Below, piece after piece: positions 13,551 to 25,399 of a stretch of 64,000 nt of DNA. Under the pieces are notes generated by a model that was given only the letters and a program-made list of their open reading frames with translations, was not told the origin of the DNA and ran no database searches. How positions within the stretch are numbered: position 1 is the first letter of the stretch; the number at the start of each line of letters is the position of its first letter. The stretch lies in assembly GCA_013239625.1 (NCBI GenBank), contig MU054391.1, positions 6,221,824 through 6,285,823 on the forward strand. The letters are read 5' to 3'. A program made the translations under genes and the position numbers. The stretch is from Lama guanicoe. Lineage: Eukaryota.

Positions 13551-13629
13551 TTTAACAGAGGCACTGGGCGCTGAACCCAGGACTTGTGCATGCTAAGCAC
13601 ACGCTCTACTGCTGAGCTAGACCCTCCCC
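13472..13629 (-). mobile_element. Full-length tRNA-derived SINE (camelid vic-1 type) with an expanded (TAA)n tail
   Basis: Minus strand reads GGGGAGGGTCTAGCTCAGCAGTAGAGCGTGTGCTTAGCATGCACAAGTCCTGGGTTCAGCGCCCAG (A and B boxes), then a (TAA)n tract at ~13495-13550. TSD caagaggagctttt (13458-13471) / caagaagaactttt (13632-13645). Confidence 0.92.
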
Positions 13630-14399
13630 TGCAAGAAGAACTTTTAGTACCAAGCTGACCAAGACCTTGAGCGTGTCTGGGGAAGGGGTTCTCACCCACT
13701 AAATTAAGATTCAGCAGCTAAGCCTGAAAGGAAGTGTGGCCTGAGGAGCAGAGAAAAACCAAGGGGAGCCCACAGGTAAAGGAGAGAGACAGGCAGGGCT
13801 AATGTTTTAGAACTTCTTTACAGTTTAAGTGTTATTGTGTAACGATTTTTATTTTTTAAAGATATAATCCAACAGAAAACGGTGTTACCTTCTCTCAGAT
13901 TTGCCCTACCTGAGAGAAGCCTGCTCATTCAGACTGGATCACCGCCCCTCAACCTAGTGGCACTGGCATTGCTCGAGGCCGAGCCTGCAGCTCTAAAGCC
14001 ATCAGGGGAGAAGGGAATCCTGCCGGGGACCTCAGGTCTGGAAACCTGAAGGCCTGGAGCACCCTGAGTCCAACACTTCACTTTAGCAAAGAGGGTCTGA
14101 GTCTCAGGATCTGAAAGAGCTAAGAGTGACATCCACGGTTGGTGAGAGACAGGGCTAGGTGGCCCCCATCCAACCCGCTGGCCCAGGGGGCTGTCCTATA
14201 GGACTGTGGAGAGCAGCATTTGTGCCTGACCACTCTTGGGTGTTGCAAGGATCTGGGTGAGGTATGGTAGGATCTCAAGTGTCCAAGCCAGGATGTTGGC
14301 AAAGACAACAAAGAAAAGAATTGGTTGGCCCTGAGCTGAGTCATCCAGCTCATGACAGTAGGATGTGGGCAATGATCAGACAAGAGAAGGGCAGAACGT

Positions 14400-14580
14400 G
14401 GACTTTTACTAAGCACCTACTATCTGCCAGACCCTGTGCTGCGTGCGTCTGTCTTCATTAACTCACTGCATCCTTGCAACAACTCTTCTGTGGATGAGGA
14501 AACTGAGGCGCAGAGAGGTTGGGACTTGCCCAAGATTAACCATGAGTGAGTATGGAACCAGAATTCAAATCCAGGCTTGT
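14400..14580 (-). mobile_element. MIR SINE
   Basis: Antisense MIR core gatgaggaaactgaggcgcagagaggttgggacttgcccaag. Confidence 0.85.
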
Positions 14581-14984
14581 CCAACTTCAGCAGTCACTTG
14601 GGACGAAAGAAAGTGAAGCGTCCTGGTCCTCTTCAATGTCTCAAGCCTGAGGGAAGGAGTTTTGCTGCCTGTGGTGAGTAAGGAGAGATGGAGTGGGGTG
14701 GGCAGACAGTGGGAGCCTTCTGCTGGGCACCCCTTGGAAAGGGTCTCTGGAGGAACCACGCTCCTTTCTGAAATCTTGGATACAGTCAGAACTTCCCAGG
14801 AGAGCTCCTTATTAACTCATGCATCCAAGAACAGAAGCTATTAGCTTGATCACCTACCGTTGCCCCTTGGAAAGGCCATTGTAGAATCAATAACCTTTCC
14901 TGCCACCCCAGTTGGACACCAGGTGTCTGCTGGTGTGTGGCAAGGTCACCCACCTTTGAGAGGAACTTGGTTGTGATTCGGTTC

Positions 14985-15155
14985 TAGTGTGTGACTTTGG
15001 ATATGCCGCTTCACTTTCGGAGCCTCAATAGTCCTCATCTGTAAAACGGGGCTGGATAATAGCAGTGACTCATAGGGTTGCCACAAGAATACATTTAGAG
15101 GGGGTGACACAAGCCAAAACAGGTTGCTAGCACCATGCCCGGCACACAGCAGGTG
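14985..15155 (+). mobile_element. MIR SINE
   Basis: tgtgtgactttgg...agcctcaatagtcctcatctgtaaaacgggg...catgcccggcacacagcaggtgct. Confidence 0.7.
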
Positions 15156-15469
15156 CTTGCTTGAGTCCAGATCTGGGGGAAATGGGAATCTATTGGCTGA
15201 GACAGTTTTGTAGCAAGAACGTTCTGATCTGAGAAGTGGGTTTGATGGCTTTGCTCAGCTCACCTGAAGACAGGCCAGTACCCAGGGGCAAAGCATATGA
15301 GTCAGCCTAAATCATTCCCCATAACGCCTGTAAGCCGTCCAACGTGTGTTTAATGTGGGCACCGCAATTGATTGAGGCCGCCCATCAATCATGCCCTGGG
15401 GCCCGGGAGACCAGCAGGCCAGCCCCAGTGCGCCAAGCCAGGCCTGAGACAGGCGTTTTGCGGTCTTGT

Positions 15470-15670
15470 TTAGACTTAGCTACTGACTGCTTTGGGGCCT
15501 TTGGCAAATTACTTAACTTCTCTGTGTCTCGCTCTCCTTATCTGTAAAATGGGGATAATAATACTTACCTACCTCACGGGGCTTGTTGCAAGAATTAATT
15601 AAAGTTTATGAAGTGCTTTGAGAGTCCCGGATAAAAGGCACTGCGAACGTACAAAGTATTATTACCATAA
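15470..15670 (+). mobile_element. MIR SINE
   Basis: ggcaaattacttaacttctctgtgtctc...atctgtaaaatggggataataatacttacctacctcac. Confidence 0.87.
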
Positions 15671-18600
15671 TCCAGGAGACTATAAAAGATAATTTTGCAG
15701 GAAAAGGCAAAAACTTAATTTCCATACAAGCAGAAACAAAGGCAGATATAGTCACAGAAAGTTTAAAAAAAAGGTCTAGAAGATAATTCATGTAATTTTT
15801 AAAAATTATAACATGTTTGCTCCCTACCAATAATCAATGCAGCATGGTAATTACAGATTTCAGTCACAGGCCAGCGAATAACAATGTGTCTCTAATAAGT
15901 GTGCCAGGCCCTGGGTTAGGGACTGTCTGCAAGTTAGCTCTTGGGATCCTATGACAACCTCATGAGGTGAACGTTGTCACCCTAGTCTGGCACACGAGTC
16001 CAGGCCTCCAGGGCGAACTCTAGAAGCCCCTTCTGGCCTTAGCCTCTGCTCCAGGTGCTTGAGCTTGGACGAGGGTTTGGTGACATTCTAACACCCCTTG
16101 GCAGATCTGAGCGGTGACCACCAGGGGAAGCCGAGGCACAGGCTGGGATCAGGTTGTTTGAAGGAAAAACAAGCCCGGGCTACCCTCCGTTCTAGTTCAC
16201 GTTCAAACACACATCCCTGAGAAAGCCACCCAGCCCGCATCTCTAGGCTCCTTTCTTCATAAGAAAAAAGGAGAGACCGTCTCCACCTGCCTCTGAGCTG
16301 TGTTGAGAGAGTCAATTACCCTCTGTAAAAAAAAAAAAATTAATAGATGATAAATAGATAGATAGAGCTTTCATACTGGATGCCTTTGTGTGGAAAATTC
16401 CGTATTGTTGATCTCTTTCATCTCTGCCTGAAGCCTTTCCACGTGTGTAATTAAGTCCCAGGCTGGGGAGCCCGGGGAGGGGGGCAGGCAGACAAACCCG
16501 GGTTCTCCACTGGGGGAAGCAGAGGCAGAGTGGGGTAATCACGGGCTTGGGGTCCAAGAAGATCTGGCTGGATTCTAGCCCTGCCCCCATTAGGTGTGAG
16601 ATTTGGGGTGAAAGCTGTAACTCCTGGGCCCCTTAGTCAATGCATGTAAAGTACCTGATACTGAAAAAAAAAGTGATTTTTATTTTTTGGTATATCAGAT
16701 ACACAGAAAAATGGGAGTATACAGGATAGGCTGAAGAGTCCTATAATTTCACTACTTATCTGGCAAATTAAGAAAATACATTTAGATTTGAAAATTATAA
16801 CATGAGATGAATGGGCCCCCAGAGGAAAGAAAAGGTGTGTCGGCCTTGCTTGCTCCAGGACCCTGTGTGTCTGCAGAGGGGTCTCTTCTGGGGAGGAGGT
16901 GCTGTCTGATGGAGGGGAAGGCAAGCCCGAGGGTGGGGTCCCAGGCGTGTGCACCCCTGAAGCGGGCACTGGGGTCCAGCCTACCCAAGCTGCTGCTGCC
17001 TCTGGGCGACAGTGAAGGGCCAACATTTCCAATCACTATATTTCAGTCTCAGCTTTGCCACTCCCTCTCTGTGACTTCAAGAGGGTTTTAATTTCTCTGG
17101 GTGTTTCCTGATCTGGAAAACAGGCCCCCCACCCTGGACCCCTGCCAAGAGTGTGTGATGAAAACTCAACTAGTCAGTGTTTGGCTAAACGTGCACATGG
17201 AGGTCCCCAGCCCTGCAAGGATCCACCACGTCCTGGTCTGGGCCAGCTCTCGGCTGAATGAGATTTTTTCCATCTTATCTCATTGATTCCTCACAAGGAA
17301 TTTATGCGGTGAAGCATTAGGATCTTAACTTTATCTTCAAGAAATCTTTTCCCTCTAAATTCCCTGTTTTATGCAGAAGGAGAGAAAGATAAAACCTGTG
17401 ACATAATGGAACACAGAGGTGAGATCCCTCACTTGGGATCCCAAGTGCTTGGAGCCGCCGTCTGGCAAGAGCTGGAGCAGGAAGCAGGCGCTTGGGGAGC
17501 ATCTGGCAATCAGGAGAGGCCGAGACGCTCCGTCATCTCCCCCCGAGTGCTGCATTCCTGGGCAGGTGACTAAGAGCGGGGGAGGGACGAACACCTGCAG
17601 ACCCGGTCAGTGGGGCCCCTGTCCCACCAAATATGGGCACCTGGAGGTGCTCTGCAGGGACAGAGGACAGACCTCCCCCCAAGGAGGGGCTGACACAGAT
17701 CCGGGAGCAGAAGGAAATTCATGTTCCTTGATTCTTGGAATTTGAGGAGTCAACTGAGTGTTGGAAGGGACTTTTGAGATCATCTAATTTTACAGAGAAG
17801 AAAAGCTGTGATTCAGAGAAGCCTGGGGACTCTCTAAGGTGCTACCCGAGCAGGGGAACACACTGTCTCTGAAGAGGGAAGGTCAAGTTTCCCTCCCTGC
17901 ATTTCCCACTGACGCTCTGGTTTTGGTGGCCTCCGTGCCTTGATTTTCCCATCTGCAAAGCCAAGGTAACAACAGCTCCCCTGCCTCTGCCCCAGGATTA
18001 TCGAGAGGCCAAAGTGATCATAGAATAGAAATTACGGCGGAAGCCACTCGGGAGCTTGGGGGGTCGCTGGGAATTATCTATCACTAGAGGGAGGGGGCTG
18101 GAGGACAGGGCCTCGGGCACTTCTGGGCTGGCTCGTGGAGAAATGTCCACGGGAGGGCAGCTGGGGCCTTGATGGGGCCTTGTCCCGGTCACTCAGACCC
18201 CAGCAGCTCTCCAGAGTTTCTGTCACCTTTCTGTCACCTCTGCTGGAGGCTCTCAGTTCATTCCCAGGTGAGTGTCTGGCCCTGAGCAGAGGCAGGCCTG
18301 GTTCAGGGACGAGGAGGCAGATCAGGAAGGTGACCCTGACCCCTGCTCTCTGACCTGTACCTACCCCCTTCCTACCCTGTCTGTAGCCGCCCATCGTGTG
18401 CAGGAAACGCTCTCTCCAGGCTCATACACCTTGCTCAGCCAGCAGTGAGAGCTGCAGCTTGGGGTCCCCACTGGACAGATGAGGACCCTCACCCAGGGCC
18501 ACACAGCACAGGCAGGCAGAGCCGTGATTCCAGACAGGTCCCCAGGCTCCACTCCCCCGGTCCAGCCCCTCTGGGAAGAGCCCCCGCCTCCTGCCCATGA

Positions 18601-20229
18601 AGGCAGAGCCTGAGACATGACTGGTGTCTGTGGGGAAGCTGGGGCCTCTCCCAGACTCGGGCTGCTTGTCTGTGCAGGGAACTGTGGGACTTAGGAGTTG
18701 CCTAAGCTGCTTGTGGCCTCCATTCTGGGGTCTGTGCCTGGTCCTATGGGACTGTGGTCTGGATAAGGTCCCCAGGGAGCTCTGGCCCTCTGCCTGGGGC
18801 AGGGGACTGGGCTGCACAGACACGACCTCAGCCCACAAGCTTGGAAAGACCTCTAGTCTCAATGGGCCCTGGCCAAGTGTGTGACTAGTAGAGAGAGGCC
18901 TGGGCTGGACCCGTGGCCCCTCAGATCCCCCCACCCCGACGCTGGGCACGGGGGACAGACAGGATTCTCTAGGCCAGTGTCCCTACCTGTCAGAATGAAA
19001 GGGTTGTAGGTGCTAATTTTAGGAATGAGCAAAATCTCCATATTCTGTCATGGAAGAGATCTCCAAGATATTTTGAGAGAAAGAAGCATGATGCATATGC
19101 AATATGCTAATTTAAAAATTCTGTGTATACTATTTATGTATATATTAGATAATACTCTAATATACACATATGATACATATATATATACACATATTCAGTA
19201 TATAAATAGGCTCGAAAGATGTATTTGCTTATTTTTCACAAAGAAACAATGGTAGAGTAAGGCAAACAGTCATTTTGAAAGGGTTGCCCGTGGGAAGAGC
19301 GAGATCAGGCCCAGAGGAGGGACGCAGACGTGGAAGCTGGAGCTCTCTCTGAGTGTGCCTTGTTTCACGCGTTAATTTTGGAACTGACTGCAAATGTCCT
19401 GGAACTTGAAAAAGACAAAAGTCAATAAAACAGAACAGCAAGGCAATCCATAAAAAATAAAAACACACTGATTAAATGAATGTTTGCGTGTCAAACTGGT
19501 GCCATAAATGCCCAGAGAAGAATAATTTCTACTGACGGTGTTTCAACGTCAAGACTGCGTTCAGTGGCGGTCCTCGTGGCGCCAATGGAGATACTGCTGT
19601 TGTGATTACATCGGAGAGTGTGCATAGCAGGATACTCTTGATGCTGTTGAGAACCACAATTCTCAGAGGAAGAGAAAGGAGACGCAACCTGAAGGCCAAA
19701 TCTAGACCAAGAAGGAAATGCTTCTGGACTCACGCATCTTGGAGCCCAAGGGTTCCCGGAGGGAGACCCCAGGGGATTCCACCGAACTCTGCTCCCCACC
19801 TGCCCCTGGCTCTTTGCTAGTTTTATAGTCTCTGGGGAACAAATGGCTTGGTTTGGAAGAACATTTTCTTGCTTAGAGAAAACCGACTGTCTGGAACCTC
19901 TGAAGGAGATGATCATCAACTGTCCCTTCAGGGCCGATATTTCATGGTTCTAGACACTATAAAGTGCTCAGCTAGCCGACATAAACTTGTGCCTAGTTTA
20001 ATGCTGCACAGAAGCCACGTCTGAGGTGAAGCTATTCCCGAACATTCCCAGACAAGTGCTGCCTGGTCGACTCCCCCTGGATCAAGGGTTGTGTTGGCTT
20101 TGATCCCCGCCTCCTGGGACTTGGGCTTCGCACTCGGACTGACCCAGACGTGATCCTTCACTATGTCCCTGAATCCGCCATGTGTTGGGAACTGTTACAG
20201 GTGTTGCTCCACTTCATCCTTGCCAAGAT

Positions 20230-20610
20230 GGGGATAATTAACCCCATTTTCTCAGGGGAAGAGAGGGAAATGTGAGGATGCTACGTGACTCAGCCCTGGA
20301 CCCAGCTGGGCAATGGTGGGGCCAGAGGTTGAGTTTGGCCTAACTGAGCCCAAAGCCCACGCTCTTCCCCTGAGCCCTGTGTGCCTGTCACAGAGAGAGA
20401 ATGGTCTCCCGGATCTTTTTAAGTGTGTGAGATAGGCTGTGAACAAGTTAAGCCAACAGCAAAGGACCTCCCCTGCTGTGTGCCAGGCACCATCCACGTC
20501 AGCTCATGGACTCCCCACCATTCAAATGGTATGGGCCTCCTCTCTATACTTCACAGGCGGGGAAACTGAGGCCCTGAGAGATGACCTAGCTAATGTCACA
20601 GCAATGAGGA
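20230..20610 (-). mobile_element. Two MIR fragments
   Basis: ccccattttctcagggg, then tgtgtgccaggcac...cacaggcggggaaactgaggccc. Confidence 0.6.
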
Positions 20611-20704
20611 GATGCAACTCCGATCTTGGCTGCAATACTGCAGATGAGTCATTGAGAATTGCAACTTAAATTTCTGTCTTCATTGGGATTTTGAAATTTG
20701 CACC

Positions 20705-20860
20705 TCTTGGGGAGTGATGGAAATGTCAGCTATCTTGATTGTGGTGGTGGTGGTGGTCATTAGTGTATATATCTATCAAAATTCACCAAATTGTACATCT
20801 GAAATATATGTAGTTTACTGCACAGGGATCATACCACAATGAAGGTGTTTAAAAAAGAAA
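20705..20860 (+). mobile_element. L1M 3' end fragment
   Basis: gtgatggaaatgt...tatcttgattgtggtggtggt...tcaaaattcaccaaattgtacat, then an A-rich tail. Confidence 0.7.
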
Positions 20861-21039
20861 ATAAATAAATACATAAATAAATAAATATTTAAAAATACAT
20901 CTTTGTCTTAACTACAGGCTAGGAAGAGGACAGCAATTAGCTAGAGGAGAAAATATTCTCTGACAAAGGAAGTTTCTGACTTGATGCTCTGGGTTCCAAA
21001 TTTTGTTTGATGCCAAGAATAGATTATATTGGTCTAGTC

Positions 21040-21256
21040 CAGTCAACTTGGGGTGATTTTGGCCTCCCAGGGGACATTTTGCAATGTCTGGAGACATCTT
21101 TGGTTGTCACGATGGGAAGAATGTGTGTGTTCCTGGCATCTCATGGGGAGAGGGTAGGGCCGTTGGCTTATGTCTCACAATGCACAGAGCAGCCCGCATG
21201 ACAAGGAATGATCTGGCCCTAAAAGTTAGCAGTTCCAAGGTTAAGAAACTCCACTG
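21040..21256. mobile_element. MER20 (hAT-Charlie) DNA transposon
   Basis: ggggtgattttggcctcccaggggacattttgcaatgtctggagacatctttggttgtcac...ctggcatct...ccaaggttaagaaact. Confidence 0.87.
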
Positions 21257-22379
21257 TGGTCCAGACCTTAGAGAAGGTCACCTCCTCCAAACTCGTTTCT
21301 CTTCCCACTTGTTCGTGCAAACCCTTAGTTTTCAGGAAAAGATCATAAGCCACCTGTCCTTAAAAGTTTCCAGAACATCTCCATTGGCAGCAGAGCCAGT
21401 TCAGTTACAGGGAAGTGTCTCTTTCATCTCTCCAGGAGGGTTGCGCGTTGGGAGACAGTTTTTGGGAACACCACGTGATGCCAATTATTCAAATGGGCTT
21501 CTCCTCTGAGCATCCGCTCTCGTCTGAACTTCAAACATCTTGACCAATACTAATCTAGCAGCAGAGCACTTCAGGGAGATTCTATCTGCTCCCAAACTAA
21601 TTAGTTTAACTCTGAGCAAGTTTACCAAACATTCCTCTTTGATCAAAGAATTTATTTTTTTTTCAAGGATATGATGTTCTACTCATATGTCTTCCTTCGA
21701 CATTAATTTATAGACCAAAAAGGAGACACACATCCCACTTTTGGGGATGGCATTGGCATTTCAGAGTCAGGTTTGAAATACTGCCTTTTCCATTGTTGTT
21801 TCTGTAGCTTGGTGCAGAGAGAGGAAGAATCTTGGGGTTTTGAGGCACCCAGCAAGCACTCAGAGATCAGAACTCCAAGTCCCAGGCTCCACCAAAGGAG
21901 CAAGGGTGTCAAGTTCCTTTTGGATCAGAACAAAATGGCGCCCACGGCAGGGTCAGCTATGTGATGGCCCTTGTTTGACTCACTGTCTGTTCACTGAGTA
22001 GCCCCACCAGCCTCAATCCCATTGTGAGGCGCTGCCACAGAAGAAAGAAATGCCATCTGAATCCTAAAGTTCACAGTCCAGGGGGCAAGAGACACAACCC
22101 AACAAACAATTATGGGTTTTGTGTGCCTGTGTGCTGCAGCCCCCTACTATTGCTGGAGGGGTCTGACCTGACACCCTCTCCCTCTTCTGAACATTTATAG
22201 CTGTCAGTTCTTTCCCTGGTGAGGTCTACTCATTCTTCTAGACCCAACGGCCATAGCTCACCCTGGCAGCCTCTCCTGTCCCAAGCTGAGCTGGTGGCCT
22301 GTCTGTCCACTGAGGCTCTCTTCACCAGGGCACTGGGCCCTGGCCTTTTGTTTGCTTTTCTCCCCCTACTGCCCCACCC

Positions 22380-22475
22380 CCTCAAATGTGAGCTCCTTAA
22401 GGTGGGACCTTGTGTTCTTGGTCTGTGTATCCCCAGCACATGGAAGATATGGGGTAAGTACTGAATGAACGAATG
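22380..22475 (+). mobile_element. L2 3' end
   Basis: tgtgagctccttaagg...tgtatccccagcac...tgaatgaacgaatg tail. Confidence 0.65.
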
Positions 22476-23229
22476 TATAGGCACAAGAGCAACAGGAAGT
22501 AACCACAAAGAAATGCCGTGGTGGATAAAGGAGCACCTTCCAGCTGATGCTTTGCCAAGACTGTTTGCTGGTGGAGTCTGGCATTTTTCCCCCTCGAACA
22601 ATGCTGACAGGCATCCAATCAAAAAACTTAATATTCCCTTCCCACCATGAAAGACTCATTTCGTGGGAACAACAAGTCCACACAGCAGCATGTGGTTGTG
22701 TGCCCCACACATCAACCCCACCAGAAACCATAACGTGTTTGCCTGTGTCTTCCTGCTACAAGAGATGAGGAGTGTTCAGCTTTCCTTTCTCATGGGAGCC
22801 GTTGACCCCCATCTGACCTCTGTGATGGCAGAAACATGAAGACGAGGTGGGAGCACAGAAAGGTGAGATGAGTCTAGGGAAACAGGTGTGAATACAGGCA
22901 CCCCTATTCTAAGAAGAAAAAAAAAATAAAAAGCCTGTGGTTGCCTTCGGTGAAGGTCATAAACTTTGTGCGTATGGAATATTCTCCTGAGAGTTTCCAT
23001 TTAAAAAAATCACTAACATTTTTTATCAACAGAAAAATGGAGTCTCTCTTCTTGAGATAGTAGAAATAAACTCTAGTTATAGGCAAGGTGGATTTAGAAG
23101 TAATAGTAATCATCACTTAAACTTCTTCTTCTTACAGTTGATAGTTGACTTTCTGATTAAGAACAATCGTGAGTTAGTAGCTGGGGGGTTTCTAATCCCA
23201 CTCAGTTCAGCTGCACTAGATACGCTCAC

Positions 23230-23371
23230 TTGAGAACATCTCTCAGCCGCCATTTTGTTTCAAGATGGCCAAACCCCACAGATTCACCCTGTGAATCCAG
23301 GGCACATCATGACACCCTTTTGTAGCATAAAGTGAGCCAGTCTGCCGACTCCCGTGCAGGTTACTGGGGAG
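23230..23371 (-). other. Candidate exon (142 nt) of an unidentified, probably non-coding transcript
   Basis: Minus-strand acceptor tttacttctctttctcAG| and donor CAA|GTGAGC. Lies just downstream of the CpG promoter-like region on this strand. Confidence 0.3.
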
Positions 23372-23589
23372 CTGAGAAAGAGAAGTAAACACAAACACGT
23401 GGTGTCCCTGAGACCAGCTGGGCACCTTGATTGGTCAACGGAAGGGCACTGAACTGGTCTTCATTAACTGCAATGTTTATGGGGTTCTTGCTGAGTTCAG
23501 GCCCTGGGCTAAGTAGCTGAGATGCCGCCCTCAGTGGAGACCCATGAGGGCTGTGGTGCCATCACCAGCTCACAAAGGAGAAAGAGAAA

Positions 23590-24080
23590 TGACGCACTGT
23601 CTGGGGGTGCAGAGCCCGCAAGCCGCGGAGCTGATTCGGGAAGCCAGCAGCCCGGGTCCGTAGGTGTCGCCCTCCGGGGAAAGCGCGGGGAGCAGTGCCC
23701 GGCACAGGGCGTGTGCTCCATGAAAGCACCTGTGTCATCGCTGCCGTTATCCAGCCCTGGACGGGCTCTGTTCCTGCACGGGATACTCTCTGAGGAAGGA
23801 GGCACCAGAGGCACGTGACCCTTGCTCTTCCAGAACCCACAGGGGGCTGAGTCAGGGTCTCACCCACTGGCCCAATAGGAAGGAGGCCAGGAGATCTGGG
23901 GCGCCCAGCACTCCTCACACCCTCCGCCCCGGCCCTTCCCTCACCTGCTTATTGGCTCCCACTGTGGCGATGCCCTCATGGGCACCTGGCTCCGCCTCTC
24001 AGCCCGGAGAACGCCTGCCTTTCCTTCCAGGCCCGGCCCCATCGCGGCAAAGCCTCCTCAGAGCCCGCTTGCTGTATCCG
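23590..24080. promoter_or_regulatory. Small CpG-rich promoter-like region
   Basis: Local CpG enrichment, GC boxes (ctccgcccc ~23923, ctccgcct ~23989), CCAAT at ~23872 and ATTGG at ~23951. Confidence 0.5.
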
Positions 24081-24289
24081 CCTACTCCCTCCTATGATCA
24101 ACAAATGGAAACTTTTATTATTTTTTAGTGTTCAGGGTATAGAGAGAGGAAGGATTTGATCTCTGTTAAAGGCTCTGTGCCTCTATCACGTTTTAGCCAA
24201 AAACACCCTGGCTTCAGGGGTCAGGAATTTATTCACATAATGGAATGAAGTTAGTCAACAAAACAATGCAGGGTGCGCACTTCTGGCAT

Positions 24290-24635
24290 GAAGAGATGGA
24301 GCCTCTTTCTCATCCTTTGAATCTGGCCTTGGCGGAAACAACATTGGAGTTCTGTGCTTAGACCTGAGGAGGTTTTGCAGCTTCTACTCTTGGCCTGGGA
24401 GCCCTTTTGCCACCAAGTCCAAGTAGCCTGCTGGAGGATGAGACACATGTAGACAGATGCCCAGACAAGCAAGTGACATTAAGCCTAGCATAGTGAAGGT
24501 CAGCTCAGCCCAGAAAGACACCTCCCAGAGCCCCACTCAAATCACTGACACAAAATGACAAGCTAAATATAATTGTTGTTTGAAGCCCCTATACCTTGGG
24601 GATATTTGTTACACAGCAGCAGGTAACTGGTGCAC
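24290..24635 (+). mobile_element. MaLR LTR (MLT1F/G-like)
   Basis: ccaagtagcctgctggaggatgagacacatg, and a 3' end ttgttgtttgaagcc...ttggggatatttgttacacagcagcaggtaactggtgca. Confidence 0.65.
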
Positions 24636-25399
24636 AGGGAAAGCTCATGAAAGCAAAGCCCAGTTCATGAGAACTGAAGCTGCAGGCAGGGAAGCCATTG
24701 AGAGCTTGCCAGCTATTCTCTTGATTTCTCTCTGGGAGTATGCAGTGGTTCTGACTGCAGTCTACCCGTTCTTCCCCCATCACTCTTTCAGTCCTGCTTC
24801 CACAGCCTCAAATGGTCACCCCAGCCCCAACTCAACATGACCTTTCAGTGCAGGAGCTCACCGTTACCAAATGACTGGTCCTGGTCTCTTCTTCACTCAC
24901 ACATACCCTCAATCCAACTAGCCTGGCTCAGCTGACCCAGGGATGAGCTACCCAAGTGTGGTGGCACCCAAGGACAGCAGATACTTCAGGGAGGAGGTTG
25001 TCCAAGAAAGTGGGACAGGCAAAAAAACACCACATTGCACGAGCTAAACATAACTGTTGTTTGAAGCCACTATACCTTGGGGATATTTGTTACACGTGGG
25101 GCAGGGGCAAGGTGAGGGTTTTCACTGCTGCCTTATTGCTGGAGAAGCTACAATATGAATGATTTTTACTAGGCTAAGCTGACAAGTTCCTACTTGCTAA
25201 ATATTAGAAAAAAGCCTGCAGGCTGTGTCTTCATTGGCAGATACGACAAATCTCACTGGACCTCCCCTGGGTCCAGGCCAAAGGAGGAGGCCCAGAATGT
25301 GCCATCCCATACTATTCCCTTTGCTTTATTTTTCTTTCGGGTGGTAATTTTTTTTTCCTTTTCCTTTTTTCCTCCAGCCCTTCATGCCCCTTCCAACTC

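Noticed and set aside
13555..13629. tRNA-like sequence with A/B boxes
   Set aside because: It has an A-rich tail and TSDs and lacks a paired acceptor stem, so it is a SINE rather than a tRNA gene.
13136..13699. 187-aa ORF with a poly-Ile tract
   Set aside because: The poly-Ile is the (TAA)n tail of the SINE read in frame.
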